Assembly: GCA_030390025.1 (NCBI GenBank)
Contig: CM059431.1
Coordinates: 145,268,001 to 145,332,000, forward strand
Reading direction: 5' to 3'
DNA: 64,000 bases
From: Squalus acanthias
Lineage: Eukaryota
Within the stretch, counting starts at the first letter, position 1; every line of letters begins with the position of its first letter. Below are positions 31,578-46,600 of this stretch, one piece after another. The notes under the pieces are model-generated. The model saw only the letters and a list, made by a program, of their open reading frames with translations, was not told where the DNA came from and made no database searches. A program made the position numbers and the translations under genes.

Positions 31578-34500
31578 AACTAGGTGTATTCTATAGGCCA
31601 CCAACTGGTGGGAAGTATATAGAGCAGAAAATTAGCAGGAAATTTTAGAGAGGTGCAAGAACTATAGAATAGTGATAATGGGGACCTCAATTATGCTAAT
31701 GTAGACTGGGATAGTAATAGTGTAAAGGTCAGAGAGGGGGAAGAATTGATGAAGTGTGTTCTTTCTTGATCAGTACGATTCTGTCTCAAGGAGGAAGTAG
31801 GCATTGCTGGATCTGGTCCTGGGGAAGGAGATGGGTCAAGTGGAACAATTGACAGTAGGGGCATATTTAGGGAACAGAGAACTTAGAATCATAAAGTTTA
31901 GATTAGCTATGGAAAAGGACAGGGAGCAAGCTAAAGTGAAATAGCAAATTGGTGGAAGGTCAATTTCTGTGGGGTGGGAATGGATCTGGCCCGGTTAAAT
32001 TGGAATCAAAGATCGGCAGGCCAAACTGTAATTGAACAATGGGCTGCCTTTAAACAGGAGAATGTTCGGGTATAGTCGAGGTACATACCACGAGAGGGAG
32101 AGGTAGGGTAACTAAAATCAGAGCTCCATGGATGATGAAAGAGATAGAGAGTAAGATGAAGCAGAAAAAGAGCCCGTATGACAGATGTTGGTTGAGAATA
32201 TAAGTGATAATCAGGCTGAATATAGAAAGTTCAGAGGGAAAGTGAAAAAGGAAATAAGAGGGGCAAAGAGAGCGTGTGAGAAACACTGGCAGCTAACATT
32301 AAAGGGAATCAAAAAGTCTTCTGTAGGCATATAAATAGTAAACGGGTAGTAAGTTGAATGGTGGGTGCGATTAGGGATCAAAAAGAAGAACCACACATGG
32401 AGGCAGAGGGCATGGCTGATGTACTAAATGAGAACTTTGCATCTGTCTTTACAAAGAAAGAAGATGGTGCCAAAGTCATAGTGAAAGAGGAGGTAGTTGA
32501 GATACTGAATGGGATAAAAATTGATAAAGTGGAGGTGCTAGAAAGGCTGGCTGTACTTAAAGTAGATACGTCACCATGACCGGATGGGATGCATCCTAGG
32601 ATGCTGAGGGAAGTAATGGTGGAAATTGCGGAGGTCCTGGCCATAATCTTCCAATCCTCCATAGAAACGGGGGTGGTGCCAGAGGACTGGAGAATTGCAA
32701 ATGTTACACCTTTGTTCAAGAAAGGGTGTAAGGATAAACCCAGCAACTACAGGCCAGTCAGTTTAACCTCGGTAGTGGGGAACATTTTAGAAACGACAAA
32801 CTCAACAGGACAAGTGTGGATTAATTAAGGAAAGCCAGCACGGATTTGTTAAAGGCAAATCGTGTTTAACTAAATTGATTGAGTTTTTTGATGAGGTAAC
32901 AGAGAGGGTTGATGAAAGCAATGCGGTTGTAGTGGGGAACATCGACTTCCAAAAGGCGTTTGATACAGTCCAACATAATAGACTTGTCAGCAATGTTGAA
33001 GCCCATGGAATAAACGGGCAGTGGCAGCAAGGATCCGAAATTGGCTAAGTGACAGTAAACAGAGAGTAGTGGTGAACGGTTGCTTTTAGGACTGGAGGAA
33101 GGTACACAGTGGTGTTCCCCAGGGGTCAGTACTAGGACCACTGTTTTTCTTGATATATATTAATGATTTGGATTTGGGTATACAGGGCACAATTTCAAAA
33201 TCGGAAGGTGACACAAAACCTGGAAGTATAGTGAACAGTGAGGATGGTGAATGACTTCAAGAGGAGAGCAGGCAAGCTGCTGGAATGGGCGGACATGCAG
33301 CAGATGGAAATTTAATGCAGAAATGTGTCAAGTGATACATTTTGATAGGAAGAATGAGGAGAGGCAATATAAACTGAAGGGTACAATTCTAAAGGGGCTG
33401 CATCATCCTGGGGGTATATGGGCACAACTCGTTGAAGGTGGCAGGGCAGGTTGAGAAAGCGATTAAAAAGCTTACAGGATCCTGGGATCATAAATACAGT
33501 TAGAGTACAAAAGCAAGGAATCATGATGAACATTTATTAAACACTGGTCCGACCTCAACTGGAGTATTGTGTCCAATTCTGGGCGCCACACTTTAGGAAG
33601 GACGTGAAGACCTTAGAGAGGGTGCAGAAAAGATTTACAAGAATGGTTCCTGGGATGAGGGACTCCAGTTACGTGGATAGACTGGAGAAGCTGGGATTGT
33701 TCTTCTTATAGCAGAGAAGGTTGAGAGGAGATTTGATAGAGGTGTTCAAAATCATGAGCGGTCTAGACACAGCAGATAGAGAGTAACTGTTCTCATTTGT
33801 GGATGGGTCGAGAACAAGAGGACACAGATTTAAGGTGATCGGTAGAAGAACCAACGGCCACATGAGGAAAATCTTTTTTACGCAGTGAGTGGTTAGGATC
33901 TGGAATGCACTGCCTGAAAGGTGGTCGAGGCAGATTCAATCGTGACTTTCAAAACGGAATTAGATAAGTATCTGAAGGAAAAATCTGCAGGGCCAGGGTG
34001 TAAGGGCAAGGGAGTGGGTCTAGCTGAAGTGCTCTTGCAGAGAGCCAGCATGGGATCCAAGGGCTGAATGGCCTCCTAGTGTATTATAACCTTTATTTGA
34101 TTGGATGATTCTGAGGTTCAACATCTTAATATCAGTTTACAGGGAAATTTCTTCACTTTCTAGGGAGATGGGATATTCCCAGACAGGGAATACACGCAGG
34201 GGAGTTTGGAGCAGGGGAGGGAGGGAGGGACTGGAGAAGTTGGGGAAGGAGTCCGTCCCACGTCAAACTGGCTCCTTCTAGACCTGTCCGTGTGGTCTGG
34301 TGTGAGCTGTGGGTAGACTTGATCTTTTTCCCTGGGGGCTGTTCTTGGCCCAGCCCTGTGTAGTGGCATCGGTCTTTAGGACTATTTCAAACTGCAGTAA
34401 TATTCACGACAAATACTGAGGTTTCAAATCAACAAACAGGAACCTGGAATGTTCCAGGACAAAGCAGTCCTGGACAGCATTAGCCCGGATTAACATGAGA

Positions 34501-34589
34501 ATGTGCAGAAGCACAGGGCTTGCAAGAGCGATAAACCAACATGTCAAGGGCTATGGGGAGGAGCTCCAACCTGCAGTTTACAACCTGTT

Positions 34590-35245
34590 CACCTGGGTGG
34601 GTGTGTCCCAGTGTGGGGTGTTTCTCGATTGGTGGGTCTTTGAGTGGGTGGGTCTTTGGGTGAGGTGGTCTCTGGGTGGGTCTCTCCCAGTGTGGGGTGT
34701 TTCTCGATTGGTGGGGTCTTTGATTTGGGTGGGTCTTTGGGTGAGGTAGGTCTCTGGGTGGGTCTCTACCAATGTGAGGGTGTTTCTCGATTGGTGGAGC
34801 TCTCCCAGTGTGGGGTGTGGCTCGGTTGGTGGGTCCCTCCCAGTGTGGGATGTGTCTCGGTTGATGTGTCTTTGGATAGGTGGATCTTTGGGCTGAGGTG
34901 GTCTCTGGGTGGGTCCTCTCCAGTGTGGGGAGGTCTATGGGCTGGGTCCTCTCCCAGTGTGGTGTGGTGTCTCGGTTGATGTGTCTTTGGGTAGGTGGGT
35001 CTTTGGGTGAGGTGGCCTCTGGGTGTGTCTCTCCCAGTGTGGGGTGGTCTCTGTGTGTGTCTCTACCAGTGTGGGGTGGTCTCTGGGTGGGTCTCTCCCA
35101 GTGTGGGGTGTGTCTCGGTTGGTGGGTCTTTGGGTGAGGTGGTCTCTGGGTGTGTCTCTCCCAGTGTGGGGTGTGTCTCGGTTGGTGGGTCCCTGGTTGG
35201 GTGGGTGGGTTTCTGTGTGGAGTGGTGTCAGGATGGGTATGTCCC
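34590..35245. repeat. G/T-rich degenerate tandem repeat
   Basis: Recurring tctctcccagtgtggggtg and gtctttgggtgaggtggtctctgggtg modules with strong strand asymmetry. Confidence 0.9.
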
Positions 35246-35597
35246 AGGGTGAGGGCCCCAAGGGTGGGTGAGTCTCACTCCAAACCACCTCCCTTCTCTG
35301 GAGGAAAAACCTCTGTCTTGTTTCTCCTGTGTGTCTTCAATGTCTTTCTTGTCTCTCAATCTTTTACTGTCTAGTTTCGCTGGTTTATAACTGGGATTGG
35401 TTGGTAAATGGTGTTGCTGAGAGATTGTCCGGAGAACTGAGTGAGGGAGAGGGGGCCTGGACCGGTGCTGTGTATTTACTAATTGTACTTTGTTTTACTC
35501 AATTTATTTTCGCCCTCTTCTGAGGAATATTTATTGAAAACTGCAACGAGAAGATTCAGGAAAAGACAGTTTGGAGAAAAGTATTCTTGGACAAGAG

Positions 35598-36335
35598 CTT
35601 CCTCCAGAGGTGACTGAACGAGACATCATCCAGAGGGGACTGACCGTGGCCCTCTCCACAGGGGACTGAACGATACATCCTCCAGAGGGGACTGACCGTG
35701 GCCCTCTCCACAGGGGACTGAGCGAGACCTTCTCCAGAGGTGACTGACCGAGACCTTCTGCAGAGGTGACTGACCGAGACCTCCTCCAGAGACTGACCGA
35801 GACATTCTCCAGAGGGGACTGACCGAGACCCCCTCCAGAGGGGACTGACCGAGACCTTCTCCAGAGGGGACTGACCGAGACCTTCTCCAGAGGGGACTGA
35901 CCGAGACCTCCGCCAGAGGGGACTGACCGAGACCTCCTCCAGAGGGGACTGACAGAGACCTCCTCCAGAGGAGACTGACCGAGACCTCCTCCAGAGGGGA
36001 CTGACCGAGACCTCCTCCAGAGGGGACAGACCGAGACCTTCTACAGAGGGGACTGACCGAGACCTCCTCCAGAGGGGACTGACCGAGACCTCCTCCAGAG
36101 GAGACTGACCGAGACCGCCTCCAGAGGGGACTGGCCGAGACCTCCTCCAGAGGGGACTGACCGAGACCTCCTCCACAGGGGACTGACCGAGACCTCCTCC
36201 AGAGGGGACTGACCGAGACCTCCTCCAGAGGGGACTGACCGATACCTCCTCCAGAGGAGACTGACCGAGACCTCCTGCAGAGGAGACTGACCGAGGCCTC
36301 CTCCAGAGGGGACTGACCGAGGACTCCTCCAGAGG
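35598..36335. repeat. 26-bp minisatellite, ~28 copies
   Basis: Unit gagacctcctccagaggggactgacc; ccgagacc at 35901 and 35927. Confidence 0.95.
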
Positions 36336-36619
36336 TTGTACCCAGTAGGGACCACCTGAGTTCTGTCTTTTTATTACCTGGGGTTCAATTTCCTCTCTGG
36401 GCCCTGGTCAGGTTAAGAAGTTCCTGTTCGATTGTGCCGTTCTGTGTTAAAAAGGTTAAAGGCTGGGTTAAAGTAGCCCGGCCTGCAATGTGACGAAAAC
36501 ATGTTAACTTGGTGCGTGATGAACAGGGGCTGAGACTCAATTAAAGTCGGTAAAGTGACCCCGTGGATGGAGATTTCAATATAATGTTTGTGTTTCGGAG
36601 CGATGCGACAACTTTGAGG

Positions 36620-36940
36620 GGACATGGAGGCCATTTGAGGGGTTTTGACAGAGTAAACAGGGAGAACCTATTTCCAGTGTCAGGAGGCTGGGTAACCAAT
36701 GGACACAGGCTTAAAATAATTGGCAAAGAAACAGAGCAGAGATGAGGAGGATGTTTTCTGCAGCGAGTTGTTCTGATCTGGAATGCACTGCCTGAAAGGG
36801 TGGTGGAGGCAGATTGTACTTGTATACTTGTAAAGACACAGTTTGCAGGGCTACGGGAGAGAGAGGGACTAATTGGATCGCTCTTTCAAAGAGCCGGCAC
36901 AGGCAGGATGGGCCGAATGGGCTGTGTGATTCTATGATTT
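36620..36940 (+). mobile_element. CR1 3' fragment
   Basis: RGFDRVNRENLFPVSGGWVTNGHRLKIIGK, tggaatgcactgcctgaaag and a gattctatgatt tail. Confidence 0.8.
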
Positions 36941-37294
36941 GTTGCAGATTGATGGGGGCCATTTTGCTGCAGGGTGATGTTGACCATTTTGTGACTGGTT
37001 CATGGCGGCCATTTCCCGTTGCCTGTGGGGCCATTTTTAGAGTCCCAGCTGCGCTCTTTTACTGACACTCAGTCTCACCATCTTGTGTAAATTGTATATC
37101 CAGCCTCCCGAGTAAGACCACCCGCTTCAATAGACCGACAGGTCACATCTACAGTGTCGTTTGGAGAAGGTGGGATGTACTATTGAGGAACCTTTATTTA
37201 ATATATTCAAACAATGAAGCCAGTTGTGATGAAAATGACGGGGAGACCAGGCGCGAGCTGAAGTAAGCGGTGGAGTTTTATTAACACAACACAG

Positions 37295-37600
37295 GGACAA
37301 CAACAATAACCTGCATTTATATAGCGGCTTTAATATAATGAAAATTCACAAACAATTCTCAGACAAAGTTTGACACTGAGCCACATAGAGAGATTTTAGG
37401 AGAGATGAACAAAAAGCTCAGTAATAGAGGAAAGTTTTAAAAAGCGTTTAAAAGAGGAGGAGAGAGAGGTAGAGCTGCGAACAGGGTTTAGGGAGGGAAT
37501 ACCAGAGTTTAGGGCCTTGGCAGCTGAAGTCAATGTGGAGCAAAGAAATTCGATGATGTGCAAAAAGGTCAGAGGAGTGGAAGATCTCGGAGGCTGTAGG
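37295..37600 (-). mobile_element. L2-type LINE 3' end
   Basis: (caa)n + ctgcatttatatagcg tail shared with the SINE 3' ends; gggagggaataccagagtttagggcc reads LWYSLP on the minus strand. Confidence 0.7.
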
Positions 37601-40600
37601 GACACTTGCTACAGAGTCTGACTCCTCACTGGGAGAGACACACACTGTACACAGGGACACTTGTAAGAGAGTCTCACTCCTCACTGGGAGAGACACAGAC
37701 TGTACACAGTGACACTTGTTACAGAGTCTGACTCCTCACTGGGAGACACACACTGTACACAGGGACACTTGTTACAGAGTCTGACTTCTCACTGGGAGAG
37801 ACACACACTGTACACAGGGACACTTGTTACAGATTCTGACTCCTCACTGGGAGAGACACACAGTGTACACAAGGACACTTGTTACAGAGTCTGACTCGTC
37901 ACTGGGAGATACACACTGTACACAGGGACACTTGTTACAGAGTCTGACTCCTCACTGGGAGAGACATACACTGTACACAGGGACACTTGTTACAGAGTCT
38001 GACTCCTCACTGGGAGAGACACACACTGTACACAGGGACACTTGTTACAGAGTCTGACTCCTCACTGGGAGAGACACACACTGTACACAGCGACACTTGT
38101 TACAGAGTCTGACTCCTCACTGGGAGAGACACACACTGTACACAGGGACACTAGTTTCAGATTCAGACTCCTCACTGGGAGAGACACGCACTGTACACAG
38201 GGACACTTGTTACAGAGTCTGACTCCTCACTGGGAGAGACAGACACTGTACACAGGGCCACTTGTTACAGAGGCCGACGCCTCACTGGCAGAGACACACA
38301 CTGTACACAGGAACACTTGTTACAGAGTCTCACTCCTCACTGGGAGAGACACACACTGTACACAGGGACATTTGTTACAGAGTCTCACTCCTCACTGCGG
38401 GAGACACACACTGTACACAGGGACACCTGTTACAGAGTCTGACTCCTCACTGGGAGAGACACACACTGAACACAGGGACACTTGTTACAGAGTCTGACTC
38501 GTCACTGGGAGATACACACTGTACACAGGGACACTTGTTACAGAGTCTGACTCCTCACTGGGAGAGACACACACTGTACACAAGGACACTTGTTACAGAG
38601 TCTGACTCCACACTGGGAGAGACACACTGTACATAGGGACACTTGTTACAGAGTCTGACTTCTCACTGGGAGATACACACACTGTACACAGGGACCCTTG
38701 TTACAGAGTCTGACTCCTCACTGGGAGAGACACACACTGTACACAGGGACACTTGTTACAGAGTCTGACTCCTCACTGGGAGAGACACACACTGTACACA
38801 GGGACACTTGTTACAGAGTCTGACTCCTCACTGGGAGTGACACACACTGTACACAGCGACACTTGTTACAGAGTCTGACTCCTCACTGGGAGAGACACAC
38901 ACTGTACAGAGGGACACTTGTTACAGAGTCTGACTCCTCACTGGGAGAGACACACACTGTACACAGGGACACTAGTTACAGAGTCAGACTCCTCACTGGG
39001 AGAGACACGCACTGTACACAGGGACACTTGTTACAGAGTCTGACTCCTCACTGGGAGAGACACACACTGTACACAGGGCCACTTGTTACAGAATCCGACT
39101 CATCACTGGGAGAGACACACACTGTACACAGGGACACCTGTTACAGAGTCTGACTCCTCACTGGGAGAGACACACACTGTACACGGGGACACTTGTGAGA
39201 GAGTCTGACTCCTCACTGGGAGAGTCACACACTGTACACTGGGACACTTGTTACAGAGACTGACTCCACACTGGGAGAGACACACACTGTACAAAGGGAC
39301 ACTTGATACAGAGTCTGACTCCTCACTGGGAGAGCCACACACTGTACACAGGAACACTTGTTACAGAGTCTGACTCCTCACTGGGGACACACACTGTACC
39401 CAGGGACATTTGTTACAGAGTCTGACTCCTCACTGGGAGAGTCACACACTGTACATAGAGACACTAGTTAAGAGTCTGACTCCTCACTGGGAGAGACACA
39501 CACTGTACACAGGAAAACCAGTTACAGAGTCAGACTCCTCACTGGGAGAGACACACACTGAACACAGGGACACTTGTTACAAAGTCTGACTCCTCACTGG
39601 GAGAGACACACACTGTACACAAGGACACTTGTTACAGAGTCTGACTCCTCACTGGGAGATACACACTGTGCACAGGGACACTTGTTACAGAGTCTGACTC
39701 CTCACTGGGCGAGACACACACTGTACACAAGGACACTTGTTACAGAGTCTGACTCCTCACTGGGAGAGACGCACACTGTACACAGCGACACTTGTTACAG
39801 AGTCTGACTCCTCACTGGGAGAGACACACACTGAACAAAGGGACACTTGTTACAGAGTCTGACTCGTCACTGGGAGCTACACACTGTACACAGGGACACT
39901 TGTTACAGAGTCTGACTCCTCACTGGGAGCGACACACACTGTACACAAGGACACTTGTTACAGAGTCTGACTCCACACTGGGAGAGACACACTGTACACA
40001 GGGACAATTGTTACAGAGTCTGACTCCTCACTGGGAGATACACACACTGTACTCAGGGACACTTGTTACAGAGTCTGACTCCTCACTGGGAGAGACACAC
40101 ACTGTACACAGGGACACTTGTTACAGAGTCTGACTCCTCACTGAGAGAGACACACACTGTACACAGGGACACTTGTTACAGAGTCTGACTCCTCACTGGG
40201 AGAGACACGCACTGTACACAGCGACACTTGTTACAGAGTCTGACTCCTCACTGGGAGAGACACACACTGTACAGAGGGACACTTGTTACAGAGTCTGACT
40301 CCTCACTGGGAGAGACACACACTGTACACAGGGACACTTGTTACAGACTCTGACTCCTCACTGGGAGAGACACGCACTGTACACAGGAAAACCAGTTACA
40401 GAGTCAGACTCCTCACTGGGAGAGGCACACACTGTACATAGAGACACTAGTTAAGAGTCTGACTCCTCACTGGGAGAGACACACACTGTACACAGGAAAA
40501 CCAGTTACAGAGTCAGGACTCCTCACTGGGAGAGGCACACACTGTACACAAGGACACTTGTTACAGAGTCTGACTACTCACTGGGAGATACACACTGTGC

Positions 40601-43600
40601 ACAGGGACTCTTGTTACAGAGTCTGACTCCTCACTGGGAGAGACACACACTGTACACAAGGACACTTGTTACAGAGTCTGACTCCTCACTGGGAGAGACA
40701 CACACTGTACACAGCGACACTTGTTACAGAGTCTGACTCCTCACTGGGAGAGACACACACTGTACACAGGGACACTAGTTACAGAGTCAGACTCCTCACT
40801 GGGAGAGACACACACTGTACACAGGGACACTTGTTACAGAGTCTGACTCCTCACTGGGAGAGACACACACTGTACACAGGACACATGTTACAGAGTCTGA
40901 CTCCTCACTGGGAGAGACACACACTGTACACAGGGACACTTGTTACAGAGTCTGACTCCTCACTGGGAGAGACACACACTGTACACATGGACACTTGTTA
41001 CAGAGTCTGACTCCTCACTGGGAGAGACACACACTGTACACAGGGACACTAGTTACAGAGTCTGACTTCTCACTGGGAGAGACACACACTGTACACAGGG
41101 ACACTTGTTACAGAGTCTGACTCTCACTGGGAGAGACACACACTGTACACAGGGACACTTGTTACAGAGTCTGACTCCTCACTGGGAGAGACACACTGTA
41201 CACAGGGACACTTGTTACAGAGTCTGACTCCTCACTGGGAGAGACACACACTGTACACAGGGACACTTGTTACAGAGTCTGACTCCTCACTGGGAGAGAC
41301 ACACACTGTACACAGGGACACTTGTTACAGAGTCTGACTCCTCACTGGGAGAGACACACACTGTACACAGGGACACTTGTTACAGAGTCTGACTCCTCAC
41401 TGGGAGATACACACTGTACACAGGGACACTTGTTACAGAGTCTGACTCCTCACTGGGAGAGACACACACTGTACACAAGGACACTTGTTACAGAGTCTGA
41501 CTCCACACTGGGAGAGACACACTGTACACAGGGACACTTGTTACAGAGTCTGACTCCTCACTGGGAGATACACACACTGTACACAGGGACACTTGTTACA
41601 GAGTCTGACTCCTCACTGGGAGAGACACACACTGTACACAGGGACACTTGTTACAGAGTCTGACTCCTCACTGGGAGAGACACACACTGTACACAGGGAC
41701 ACTTGTTACAGAGTCTGACTCCTCACTGGGAGAGACACACACTGTACACAGGGACACTTGTTACAGAGTCTGACTCCTCACTGGGAGAGACACACACTGT
41801 ACACAGGGACACTTGTTACAGAGTCTGACTCCTCACTGGGAGAGACACACACTGTACACAGGGACACTTGTTACAGAGTCTGACTCCTCACTGGGAGAGA
41901 CACACACTGTACACAGGGACACTTGTTACAGAGTCTGACTCCTCACTGGGAGAGACACACACTGTACACAGGGACACTTGTTACAGAGTCTGACTCCTCA
42001 CTGGGAGAGACACACACTGTACACAGGGACACCAGTTACAGAGTCTGACTCCTCACTGGGAGAGACACACACTGTACACAGGGACACTTGTTACAGAGTC
42101 TGACTCCTCACTGGGAGAGACACACACTGTGCACAGGGACACTTGTTACAGAGTCTGACTCCTCACTGGGAGAGACACACACTGTACACAGGGACACTTG
42201 TTACAGAGTCTGACTCCTCACTGGGAGAGACACACACTGTACACAGGGACACTTGTTACAGAGTCTGACTCCTCACTGGGAGAGACACACACTGTACACA
42301 GGGACACTTGTTACAGAGTCTGACTCCTCACTGGGAGAGACACACACTGTACACAGGGACACTTGTTACAGAGTCTGACTCCTCACTGGGAGAGACACAC
42401 ACTGTACACAGGAACACTTGTTACAGAGTCTGACTCCTCACTGGGAGAGACACACACTGTACACAGGGACACTTGTTACAGAGTCTGACTCCTCACTGGG
42501 AGAGACACACACTGTACACATGGACACTTGTTACAGAGTCTGACTCCTCACTGGGAGAGCACACACTGTACACAGGAACACTAGTTACAGAGTCTGACTT
42601 CTCACTGGGAGAGACACACACTGTACACAGGGACACTTGTTACAGAGTCTGACTCCTCACTGGGAGAGACACACACTGTACACAAGGACACTTGTTACAG
42701 AGTCTGACTCCTCACTGGGAGATACACACTGTGCACAGGGACACTTGTTACAGAGTCTGACTCCTCACTGGGAGAGACACACACTGTACACAAGGACACT
42801 TGTTACAGAGTCTGACTCCTCACTGGGAGAGACACACACTGTACACAGGGACACTTGTTACAGAGTCTGACTCCTCACTGGGAGAGACACACACTGTACA
42901 CAGGGACACTTGTTACAGAGTCTGACTCCTCACTGGGAGAGACACACACTGTACACAGGGACACTTGTTACAGAGTCTGACTCCTCACTGGGAGAGACAC
43001 ACACTGTACACAAGGACACTTGTTACAGAGTCTGACTCCTCACTGGGAGAGACACACTGTACACAGGGACACTTGTTACAGAGTCTGACTCCTCACTGGG
43101 AGAGACACACACTGTACACAGGGACACTTGTTACAGAGTCTGACTCCTCACTGGGAGAGACACACACTGTACACAGGGACACTTGTTACAGAGTCTGACT
43201 CCTCACTGGGAGAGACACACACTGTACACAGGGACACTTGTTACAGAGTCTGACTCCTCACTGGGAGAGACACACACTGTACACAGGGACACTTGTTACA
43301 GAGTCTGACTCCTCACTGGGAGAGACACACACTGTACACAGGGACACTTGTTACAGAGTCTGACTCCTCACTGGGAGAGACACACACTGTACACAGGGAC
43401 ACTTGTTACAGAGTCTGACTCCTCACTGGGAGAGACACACACTGTACACAGGGACACTTGTTACAGAGTCTGACTCCTCACTGGGAGAGACACACACTGT
43501 ACACAGGGACACTTGTTACAGAGTCTGACTCCTCACTGGGAGAGACACACACTGTACACAGGGACACTTGTTACAGAGTCTGACTCCTCACTGGGAGAGA

Positions 43601-46600
43601 CACACACTGTACACAGGGACACTTGTTACAGAATCTGACTCCTCACTGGGAGAGACACAGCTGTACACAGGGACACTTGTTACAGAGTCTGACTCCTCAC
43701 TGGGAGAGACACACACTGTACACAGGGACACTTGTTACAGAGTCTGACTCCTCACTGGGAGAGACACACACTGTACACAGGGACACTTGTTACAGAGTCT
43801 GACTCCTCACTGGGAGAGACACACACTGTACACAGGGACACTTGTTACAGAGTCTGACTCCTCACTGGGAGAGACACACACTGTACACAGGGACACTTGT
43901 TACAGAGTCTGACTCCTCACTGGGAGAGACACACACTGTACACAGGGACACTTGTTACAGAGTCTGACTCCTCACTGGGAGAGACACACACTGTACACAG
44001 GGACACTTGTTACAGAGTCTGACTCCTCACTGGGAGAGACACACACTGTACACAGGGACACTTGTTACAGAGTCTGACTCCTCACTGGGAGAGACACACA
44101 CTGTACACAGGGACACTTGTTACAGAGTCTGACTCCTCACTGGGAGAGACACACACTGTACACAGGGACACTTGTTACAGAGTCTGACTCCTCACTGGGA
44201 GAGACACACACTGTACACAGGGACACTTGTTACAGAGTCTGACTCCTCACTGGGAGAGACACACACTGTACACAGGGACACTTGTTACAGAGTCTGACTC
44301 CTCACTGGGAGAGACACACACTGTACACAGGGACACTTGTTACAGAGTCTGACTCCTCACTGGGAGAGACACACACTGTACACAGGACACTTGTTACAGA
44401 GTCTGACTCCTCACTGGGAGAGACACACACTGTACACAGGGACACTTGTTACAGAGTCTGACTCCTCACTGGGAGAGACACACACTGTACACAGGGACAC
44501 TTGTTACAGAGTCTGACTCCTCACTGGGAGAGACACACACTGTACACAGGGACACTTGTTACAGAGTCTGACTCCTCACTGGGAGAGACACACACTGTAC
44601 ACAGGGACACTTGTTACAGAGTCTGACTCCTCACTGGGAGAGACACACACTGTACACAGGGACACTTGTTACAGAGTCTGACTCCTCACTGGGAGAGACA
44701 CACACTGTACACAGGACACTTGTTACAGAGTCTGACTCCTCACTGGGAGAGACACACACTGTACACAGGGACACTTGTTACAGAGTCTGACTCCTCACTG
44801 GGAGAGACACACACTGTACACAGGGACACTTGTTACAGAGTCTGACTCCTCACTGGGAGAGACACACACTGTACACAGGGACACTTGTTACAGAGTCTGA
44901 CTCCTCACTGGGAGAGACACACACTGTACACAGGACACTTGTTACAGAGTCTGACTCCTCACTGGGAGAGACACACACTGTACACAGGGACACTTGTTAC
45001 AGAGTCTGACTCCTCACTGGGAGAGACACACACTGTACACAGGGACACTTGTTACAGAGTCTGACTCCTCACTGGGAGAGACACACACTGTACACAGGGA
45101 CACTTGTTACAGAGTCTGACTCCTCACTGGGAGAGACACACACTGTACACAGGGACACTTGTTACAGAGTCTGACTCCTCACTGGGAGAGACACACACTG
45201 TACACAGGGACACTTGTTACAGAGTCTGACTCCTCACTGGGAGAGACACACACTGTACACAGGGACACTTGTTACAGAGTCTGACTCCTCACTGGGAGAG
45301 ACACACACTGTACACAGGGACACTTGTTACAGAGTCTGACTCCTCACTGGGAGAGACACACACTGTACACAGGGACACTTGTTACAGAGTCTGACTCCTC
45401 ACTGGGAGAGACACACACTGTACACAGGGACACTTGTTACAGAGTCTGACTCCTCACTGGGAGAGACACACACTGTACAAAGGGACACTTGTTACAGAGT
45501 CTGACTCCTCACTGGGAGAGACACACACTGTACACAGGGACACTTGTTACAGAGTCTGACTCCTCACTGGGAGAGACACACACTGTACACAGGGACACTT
45601 GTTACAGAGTCTGACTCCTCACTGGGAGAGACACACACTGTACACAGGGACACTTGTTACAGAGTCTGACTCCTCACTGGGAGAGACACACACTGTACAC
45701 AGGGACACTTGTTACAGAGTCTGACTCCTCACTGGGAGAGACACACACTGTACACAGGGACACTTGTTACAGAGTCTGACTCCTCACTGGGAGAGACACA
45801 CACTGTACACAGGACACTTGTTACAGAGTCTGACTCCTCACTGGGAGAGACACACTGTACACAGGGACACTTGTTACAGAGTCTGACTCCTCACTGGGAG
45901 AGACACACACTGTACACAGGGACACTTGTTACAGAGTCTGACTCCTCACTGGGAGAGACACACACTGTACACAGGGACACTTGTTACAGAGTCTGACTCC
46001 TCACTGGGAGAGACACACACTGTACACAGGGACACTTGTTACAGAGTCTGACTCCTCACTGGGAGAGACACACACTGTACACAGGGACACTTGTTACAGA
46101 GTCTGACTCCTCACTGGGAGAGACACACACTGTACACAGGACACTTGTTACAGAGTCTGACTCCTCACTGGGAGAGACACACACTGTACACAGGACACTT
46201 GTTACAGAGTCTGACTCCTCACTGGGAGAGACACACACTGTACACAGGGACACTTGTTACAGAGTCTGACTCCTCACTGGGAGAGACACACACTGTACAC
46301 AGGGACACTTGTTACAGAGTCTGACTCCTCACTGGGAGAGACACACACTGTACACAGGGACACTTGTTACAGAGTCTGACTCCTCACTGGGAGAGACACA
46401 CACTGTACACAGGGACACTTGTTACAGAGTCTGACTCCTCACTGGGAGAGACACACACTGTACACAGGGACACTTGTTACAGAGTCTGACTCCTCACTGG
46501 GAGAGACACACACTGTACACAGGACACTTGTTACAGAGTCTGACTCCTCACTGGGAGAGACACACACTGTACACAGGGACACTTGTTACAGAGTCTGACT

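Larger units (their letters stand above)
27270..34112 (+). mobile_element. Degenerate CR1 ORF2 (APE through RT to 3' end) hosting the Penelope element and a SINE
   Basis: 27270-27395 (VFRKDREGNKGGGVAVLI...RTESI) resumes at 31406; then [35 protein letters not shown] and the 3' UTR. Confidence 0.88.

Noticed and set aside
34495..36355. ORFs over the G/T-rich and 26-bp repeats
   Set aside because: Low-complexity repeat translations.
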